64,000 nucleotides of DNA from a virus, in the IMG/VR virus record IMGVR_UViG_3300025881_000010, positions 1 to 64,000 of that record, one strand, 5' to 3'. Positions 9,428 through 18,600 of this stretch are shown here, one piece after another. How positions within the stretch are numbered: the first letter of the stretch is position 1; the number at the start of each line of letters is the position of its first letter. The translations under genes were made by a program, and so were the position numbers. The notes under the pieces were generated by a model, which saw only the letters and a program-made list of their open reading frames with translations, was not told the DNA's origin and made no database searches.

Positions 9428-9607
9428 AAATTTATACGAGCTTTTTTGTTAACCGCAGTTCTTGCCAGTTTTTTGCAAACGTATTATTCTGAATATCTCC
9501 CGCGCACAAATCGGTTATTATTCGGATAAGTTGGATCTTAAAGCAAAATATTGGCTGGAACTCGGAATAAGCGCAACTTTTTCCTAAATAACTGCGTTTA
9601 TTTTGAC

Positions 9608-9639
9608 AAAAAAAAGCCATCTCGTAGGGAGATGGCTTT
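9608..9639. terminator. intrinsic terminator at the convergence of the + and - gene blocks
   Basis: AAAGCCATCTC-GTAGG-GAGATGGCTTT with A8 run (U-tail on - strand). Confidence 0.85.
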
Positions 9640-9688
9640 AATCTAGAAAACTAAATTGACAGTTAGTAAGAATAGCATTGCTAATATA

Positions 9689-12600
9689 CTAAAACAATTC
9701 AGATATAAAATTATTTGTAGATTGAATTGCCGGAGGAATCATTTTATTAGAAAGTTTTGGGTGATTTATATAGTAATTTGCATCTCCAAATAGATTAGTT
9801 GCTAAATTACTACTTAATGCAGCACCCGCAAATCCAATTACAGTACTCATAGCCATGCCTCTAAGACCGCTATCAAGTTTAGCTCTTTCTTCTTTAGAAA
9901 GCTTATTACGATATTCAACGAATCCACTCGGATCGTTTACCACCTCTCTTACCATATTACCGACAGCTCTAAGGCTACCAATTGTTTCTTGTCCGTAAAT
10001 ATTGACATCTTTTTTAGCAAACCTATCTTGTATCATTGTAGGTATAAATTTGCTAAACTGCATCATCATATTACCCCAAGAATACATCTGCACAGCTCTC
10101 TGATCAGTAGGTTGATAACCTCTTCCATGTGATTGCTTCACTTTATCTTCTAATTGAACAAGCAATTCATTATCAACTTCAGACTCACCTTTTTTATAAT
10201 TTCCTTCATCGTCAAACTTGTTCAATATATCTTCATTTAATAGACCTATCATATGAACACGTTGAATCCACTCTTCACTTTTAGTCATTGGCATAAGCGC
10301 CAGTTCGGAAAACACTTTATCTAAACCATTTTGTTTTTCGATATTCACTTCATCGTAAACATTTATGTCCATGAAATTCAAATTCTTCATTATTCTAGAC
10401 ATACGCTTATGACGATTCAAGACTCCTTCAATTCCACCTTCAAAACCTTTATCTAACCCCCAATATTTCAGCTCTCCATTTATCCAAGTCTTACCACCAA
10501 CATCTTTAATGTTATGGTATTTCCCCACTGCAATATTTCCTAAGACATATAATCCACCTGTATTTTTATTCGCTTGATATCCAAGCGCATAAAATAAGTT
10601 GAGGTTAGTAAGTGTTCTAATCACTTTATCAGTCTTTTCACCCAATAGAGAAGTTTGCCTTTTACCTCTGGTAAAGTAATCTTTCCATACTGTTTGAACA
10701 TGTTCATTCATATATTGAAAGTTATTATCTCTATTGAATGCAAGCACTCCATCAATATAGCTTTGCAACTTCTCCATTCCTTTAAACTTACTGTTTCCAT
10801 TGACAAATAAAGTAGCGTGAACATAATCACTCAAAGCTTTATTTAAGTCCATAGAAGGCAGTTCTTCCGCAGTAACAGAACGGTTATTGGTAAATCTATT
10901 TATAGCGCCAAAACCTAAAGCTGTTTCAATTCCAACTCTATCATATTTGATAGGAGTTCCATCTTCATTTTTTCCTTCCTTCAGTAACTTTAAAGCTTTC
11001 TTTTTAAGATTACGATATTCTACGATTTTACCAATATCGTTTTTGTACTTATCTTGACCTGAATACCTTTTAAAGCTATCTTCAATTTGTCTAAAACTCA
11101 TAAGTTTCTCTTCTCCATATTCATCCTTGAAATTCATTTTAACATCACTCAAAGCTTCATTTTCAGATCTGGAGTTCGCCATTAATCCTAATAAACCTCT
11201 AGCTGAAAATTTTTCAAGTCTTGTCATAGAAGTATGAGGAATATAATCTTCTTTCCTTTTTTCGATTACTTTGGCCGGCATCAACTCACTGGTTGTTTTT
11301 TTGAAAACATTGTAAAAATCATTTTCAGCTTTAGATATTTCACCTCTAGCAAAAGCCGCGGCGATATCTTCTTTTGACTTTAATTTAAAATCGTAAGTGA
11401 TATTACCTTTTTTATCTTCAACACGCTGACGTACTACTAAATTACCATACAGTTTATCGTAAACATTTTGAGCACCGATACCAAAGAAATCTTTCAGTCT
11501 AAAGATTACATTTTTCAAACTTCTATTGGTACCATAACCAAGACGATCTTTATATAAAGCATCAGTAGCTTTATTAATTTCAGTCATGTACTTACGTTTT
11601 TCTCCAATGAAAGTTTTGTATTCTTTCTCTAAAATTCTAGCCATTGCTTGTGCTGAAGGATGATTTGATGGAATTGTAGATCCTGTCATCATATAAGCTT
11701 GTAATCTATTTACATCTTTACCATCATATCCCTTTCCTTCTGTTCCATCTTTCCATAGTTCAGATTGGCTAATCGCTAAACGACTAGCCAATTCTTGTAC
11801 TATTGGAGTAATAACAATTGAGTAAGCATACACATCTTTATTTCCATGGTCCTGATATAATTCCATAAGATCTTCTTCAGATAGATTTGGAATATTAGGA
11901 ACCAATTCTTGAGCAATTCTATTAGCTTCTTTTTTGCTTTTAAGGTATTGCTCATACATTCCAGTTCTAGTAGAATTAGGAACAAGCGAATTAAACTCCA
12001 TTGATCTCTCATACTCTTGCTGAGTGAGCGCTTGTTCTTTTCTGAACAATGGGATATCAAAATCCTCTCTGGCATCCATTCCGGAAACCACAGAAGATTT
12101 TGTCATTTTATCTTTCAGCCTATTTGCTCTATCCTGATAACTCAAATTTGCTTCAACCAATCCTTCTACATTTTTTTTCTTACTATAGTCTGGAGTAGTT
12201 TTATAAGGGCTATAAGTATTGGCAATATCTTCAATCATTGCGATATCTATCTCAGGATTGTAGATACGAGATTTTTTACCATTACGAGTATTCTCATTAT
12301 AAGAAAGTGTATTTGGTATATGGCGTATTTTTTCAGCAGCCATTTTCAATACCTCAACATTTCTACGTCCTGAATCATTGATAGCTTGTAATTGCATAAT
12401 CTCTCTAGCATCAAACTGAGGAAGCTCATATAAAGCTGTTTTTCCTTGTTGACGAACATTGATATACATTGGTTGCCAATTCTCAGTAATAGCTTTCTGG
12501 ATAGCTTTATTCTGTATTATTTGACGAATCACATCGTTAGTAGCTCTAAAGTCTGTTTGGGATTTTAAATAAACTTTAGGGAAACTATTATTCTTAGACA

Positions 12601-15600
12601 TTGATTGTTTCAATGCTATTATAGTTTCCAATTTATCTGTAATCTCTTTAGGAACTTTAGCTACATTCTTATTGACAGCATCTTCATTTGAAGCATAGCT
12701 AATCCAATCACTTGTTTCACGGCCAAAGAATGGAGCCATAGACCTTTTATCTTTCCAGCCATGTTGAACCATGTCATAAAGAATAAGATCATCTTGAAGG
12801 CTTGTAGGGAGTTCTTCGAATTCTTCTTGAATTCGAGTTCTCTCTTCAGCAGTAAAGCTTTCATCTACCATAGAACTACTTGCTGAGATGTATTGATTAT
12901 CTCCAGATAAGTTCATGTTCAAAGCTTTTCTAAAAAGAACACTATTATGAAACCTTGAAACTGTTTTGCTAGGATCATCAACATTCTCTTCTTGAGCCAT
13001 TTTTAAATCATTCACAAATTCAGTCATTTTCTTAAAGATAGAAGTTTCACTTTTTTCATTAAGTAAATCCTGAACGTATGCTTTAGAAATGTTGTTCAAG
13101 CCTATAAGTCTGGAAGTATTGAACTTTAATAAATCTTTAGATATGTTCTCTATTTCCATTGTACTCAACTCCCCACCTAATTTACGTGTTAATGCTTCCA
13201 GCACCTTTTTAGTAGCCGGACGATAAACAGGATTTAGTTTCTCAGAATGTTTTAATGCTTCTTCAGCAGTTCTAAGATATTGTTGAATATCAGGGTTTTT
13301 ACCAAATTCTGAATTGAAAGTAAGATGCTCACTTTCTTTTAGAGTTTTAGAGAAGTCTTGAATCTGTTGGTTCAGAACAAATGGATTAACGTGAATCTTA
13401 TTGTGCCCGGACATGATAGCAGATATCTTTTGTAAATCTCCATTTACTTGAGATAGATTAATCAACGTTTCAAGTATTGCTGGTTGTTGACTTTTATCTT
13501 TGATGTTCTCTATATTGATTTTAAGATCTACATTTTTAGGTCTCTTTTTGAATCCTAATTTTTGATACACATCATTGATAAGTGCAGATGTTTTTTTGCT
13601 AGAATGAAACAAACTACTATTATTTCTATTTGCTTCACTCCATGCTTTAGCTGCATCTGAGTTCAAGATTAAAGCCGTATCTTCTAAAGACACTCCTAAG
13701 TTGATTAGAAGTGTAGCTTGAGCCATATTGTGTTCATCAAAACCAAAAGCATCAGCATAACCATGTTTGGCGTTATCCAATATGATGTTAGCTAATACAG
13801 CAGATTGTTGGTTTCTTGATAAATCTCCACTTACAGTATCTCTAAAAGTATTGTACTTGTTATTACCGATTACGAATCCTTTTTTCAAAGGAGTTTCGTA
13901 AGCGGCTAATAAGTTTGCAATCTTATGTAGATTAAAAATCTTTCCAATATTACGTTTAGAAACCATAGTATTACTATAATCTTGTCTACGTTGCTCTGGA
14001 GAGAAAGGAGCTTTATCTTTTGCAGATTGAGAAAATACTGATTGTACTTTTTCTAAAGCTGGCTGAGCTACTTTTTTAATATCCATTTTAGTTTGGATTT
14101 GTTCAGCCATTTTAGGAGATAACCAATATTGAGTAAGCTTATCAAATGCTTTGTTCCAATCAGCGTATTCTTTTTTATCACCTCTTTTTTGAATGAATAA
14201 AGAATCTCCATCATTATCAGAACCAATGATTTCATTAAATTCTCCGGGAACCATTACCTGATTACCATCAGAACTTTCATCAAACCCTATTACTTCAAAT
14301 ACTCCAGTAGAAGATGGACCATGACCAGGAACACGAGAAGCCATTACAGTTTCACCTTTAACGTAAAACCCTATTGGAACACCACTTTTATTATTGACAG
14401 CACCCATGAATTTTTCATAGTTGTCTTGATTACCGGTTTCTTGGAAAGCTCTTCTTTTAGCTTTTCTAACTGTAAGGCTTTTTAAAGCATCTAATTCTTG
14501 TTCTTTAGTAAAGTCATTCTTATAACTTTTACGTATTCTATCAAGTTCAGATTTATGAGTGTACCGAGTTACATCTTCTCTGGCTTCAGCTTCCTGAGCC
14601 ATGTGCTTAGGTAAAATCATATGTGCAGGACTAAGACTACCATCTATGTTCTTCTCATAACCTAATAAAGTAGGTACAGATGAAACAGTAGCATTTAGAT
14701 TATATCCTGTATCTGGTTTTTGATGTGCATTTGTTCCGGGCGTTTTAAGCTTGTTTCCGGCACGCAAAATCATTTTAGCTAATTGGTTAACGGCAATCTC
14801 ATTTACGTAAGGGTGTGCCACAGAACCAAGCTTATCTTCAAGAATATGACGCTGAGCCTGATCCATATCTTCTTTGTTCAGCTCTCTATCAATAATTTCC
14901 TTGTACTTATCAATTTGACCACTAGCAAGATCTTTAGATATCACATCTAAAGCTTTCATTTTTTGATCAGAAAGATGTTGTTGGATTTCAATAGCTAAAT
15001 CCATTTCTCCATTTAGTGCAGCATTAACCATTATAGAATTAACCATTTGCACAGGAGTATTTGAAGATTTAGTAATCTTATCCATTACTTGTTGAGGTCC
15101 GAAGTTATAAGTTTCAAGACCTACGAAATTTCCTTTATCATCATAATAAAGATCATCTTGCATTTTATCTACATGAGACCAATCTTGTTTTAATGAAGAT
15201 GGGGCCATTCTTTGACCTTCTTCAGTGTATTCCATAGTATCATCATTGTAGAATTTTTGCTTAGCAAAATTCGACTTATCAGAAGATTGAGGCATAGCAA
15301 TAATCAAATGGTTAGGAGTACCATCATTATAATTGTCTGAAGGTAATTGACCATATTGCTTTTCATGCCATTGGTTATACTTATCCATTCTGGCTTTCAT
15401 CATAGGGTAAGCCCAATGATTTTCATCTACGATAGTAGTATATCCTTTTAAGTAACCAAGCTTTCCTTCAAAATTAGGATTGTTCTTTTCAATATGAGAG
15501 TTCAATAGTTTGAAACCATTATTCATATCAAATACACCTTGACCTACTTTTTGCAATTTTTCAGCTTGTTCTTTAAGAATGTACATTCCTGAATCACTTC

Positions 15601-18600
15601 CGGCAATAGATCCATTTACAATTTCATCAGCAAAGAATAAAAATTCACTTTTGAATTCAGGATTTTTTATAGATAATATTGGAGAAGAATTAGCTTTCAT
15701 TCTTTTTAAGATTCCTTTTCCAGTTACACCAGGAAGGAATACATCAGCCACATTAAGACCATGAACAATATTGTTCATCACGTATTCACCAACCATCTTT
15801 TTACCTTCTTTATTCAGAATGTAATTTCCATTTCCTTTATCCCGGATATAAGGTTTTAATGATTTTACATTAGACAACTCATTCAAGTTATCTTCTATAA
15901 ATTTCACTTCATTTTGCATTGCTTCAATAATACTTTTCTTGAAAGCTGCCTTATTATTTGTAACGCTATTATCAGGAAACATAGCACTGGCAAGATTGAA
16001 AGCATTGTTCAATATTTTACCATCAGTTTGCCAATGTCCATTTTCGTCAAATACTTGATCGTATTTAATACGGTTCATGTTCATAAAGAACTTTCTAGGT
16101 GAATCTGAAAATGTTCCCATATTACCTAAGTATTGACGTAATCTTTTACCGTTATCTCCAGTTGAAGTATTTAAAAAAGTAAGTAGATCTTCAACACCTT
16201 GTTCTAAAGCTGTACTGTTTTTAAATAAACTACTTTTCTTATTGTCGATATCTTCAAGTCCATGATATTGACTTATTTGAGGTATCTGGCCATTTTGGAA
16301 GTTGTTGTAAATGTTTACAAGGAACTCATTATTATGATAAGCTTTATTATCTCTGTTTTCGAAAATAGAATCTTTGAATTCTTTATTGAAAGCAGCTTCA
16401 GATACACGAGAACCTTTTTTGTCTTTCAACAAAAATGTTCTCATTTTTTTAATATCATTCTTATCTATTTGAGGAAATTGTTCTTGAAGTGTAGTTTCTG
16501 AAGGAACTCTTTTAATTCCATTAGGATCTACAGCTTTATAGATTTTACTCAATGAAGCTTCTCCCATAGCTGTAGTAGATTTTCTCTTTTTGAATTTACT
16601 ACCGGTATGAGAATACCTATCCATGAATTGATCTAATGTAGGTTTACCAGCTCCATCTTGTCCATGAAGATATTCAACCATATTATCAATCTCATTTGTC
16701 ATGTGATTGTTAGCAATTCTGGATTGCTCCATATTACCTTCAGCATTTAATACTGAACTATATTCAGTGTACTTGCGATTGGTATTTTGTAAAGCTTCAA
16801 CTAGATTACGGAAACCATAAACATATAAACTCTCTTTATTGTAAGTTCCATTTTCAAATCTGTTGTACACATAATCTCTTTTTAGATATCCGGAAACTAA
16901 AGTTTCAATTGGGATATTAAGACCATCATAAGTAATATAACCACTCTTCCAAAATCTAGCTTCATTAAAACTACCATCAGTTAGATTATTGATCACATTG
17001 AAATAATCACTTTCAGTTTCTACACCTTTTTGAATGTTTAAAACTGATTGCCTGAAATTGGCCCATTGCTCTGTTTTACCATCAAGTTTTTCACGAAGAT
17101 TGGCAATAACATTGTTGGTGATGTTCTTTTCTCTAATAGATAAAGAATCATGCATCTCATGTATGATTTCTCCATCTGAACCTTTCTTGATTACATTTCG
17201 AATACCATTAACGTGCTTCGCATTTGAAAACACGAAGTACATACCATTAAGCAATTGTAGCTTATCATCTTTTTTAGTTTTATCTAAAAAGTCATTAAAG
17301 TCTATCATTTCTTTAATAGCGGAGTTTTCAACTTGATAAATGAAATCTACTGCAGATTTGGATTCTTTAGCAAGATTGTACATTTCAGATTCAAATAGAT
17401 GTCTTTCAAATAAAGGCTCTTCATTAAGATCTACATCTCTTCTTGATACATTGTCTTTAAGGAATTTTCTACGAATAGATTTATTGTAGATAATACCAAA
17501 CCTCTTAATGATTTTTGAAGCACCTTTAGCTTGTTGCTTGAATTCTTTAGCAGAAAATGGATTTCCAGTTTCTTCTAATTCATCTTCATATTCATCCATG
17601 TAATCTTGGTCAAACTTTTCTTCCCAAAGTTTGTCAGGATCTTTCTTGATTGTCTTAGACATTCTTTGACGAATATCATCAAGCTTAGCAGCACGTTGAG
17701 TTTTAATCTTTCCAACTCTGGCATCCATTCCGATACCATCCATTTTTATACCTTCAGTAACAGCCTTAAAAGTATCAAGTATGAAATTCTTAGGATTTCC
17801 TTTAGGAACATTAGTTTGATCATCAGCTAATTTTCTAATCATTTGCTGAACACCATTTTCACCATCTTCAATTACTTCTCCCTTACGTCTAAGCATGCCC
17901 CAAAACTTCTTAACTTCTTTTTGGCGCTTCGCTTCTTTTTGGCTGAAAATTTTATCGAAATTATCAGCTAAAGGATTTTGCAATGCTCTGGTGAACATTT
18001 CTTCTAATAAGTAATGTTGTTCATTTAATGGAACTGTAGAAATACCATCATCTTCTAAACTAAGATATTTAGCAAGTTCACTTTCTAAATCTTCATCTTT
18101 AACTCCATCAGATTTGAACATCTCAAAGAATTGACCTTTAGTATATCTTTCGTTTCCTAATTGATATAAAGTCAAATCATCATACTTACTTCTTATCTCA
18201 CGAACAAGTTCTTTATTGGCTAATGCCATTTTTAATATTTCTTGAGTTTCTGGAGCATCTTTAGCTAACTTGTAATAGATGTGTGAAAGCTCATGCATAA
18301 AAACCCAATCTTGTTCCCAGGCTTTTTCATCAATGAACATTGTAGCCGCAAGTGAATGACCTACACCTACAGAACCGATAGCTTCATACATGTTTTTCAC
18401 AATAATTACTTGTGCCGGATCTTTTAGATTCTCAGGAAACATTCTTTTTAATTGGTGATTTACCAATACCATTTTATCTAAGTTGGAAGGACCCATCTCA
18501 TTATACATGGTAGAACTATTCAAGTAATTGTCTAGTTCATTTTGAGAAATGTTAGTTTGAGTGCTAATTCTACTACGAGATAATTTACTTAGAAACTTCA

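Larger units (their letters stand above)
6244..9604 (+). repeat. array of interleaved inverted repeats (attC-like cassette array)
   Basis: Left ends AACTACGCN-stem at 6465, 8684, 9129; right ends stem'-GCAGTT ending 6256, 8586, 9045, 9460; spacer hairpins 6371-6460, 8584-8686, 9043-9131, 9458-9561. Confidence 0.9.

Noticed and set aside
6244-9604. Canonical integron, CRISPR array or IS elements
   Set aside because: No integrase or transposase in the window; repeats are not identical direct repeats; genes lie inside the AAC...GTT hairpin; wobble bias favours the top strand, unlike classical attC.
9432-9620. 62-aa - strand ORF
   Set aside because: Overlaps spacer hairpin D and the terminator; better explained as structured non-coding DNA.
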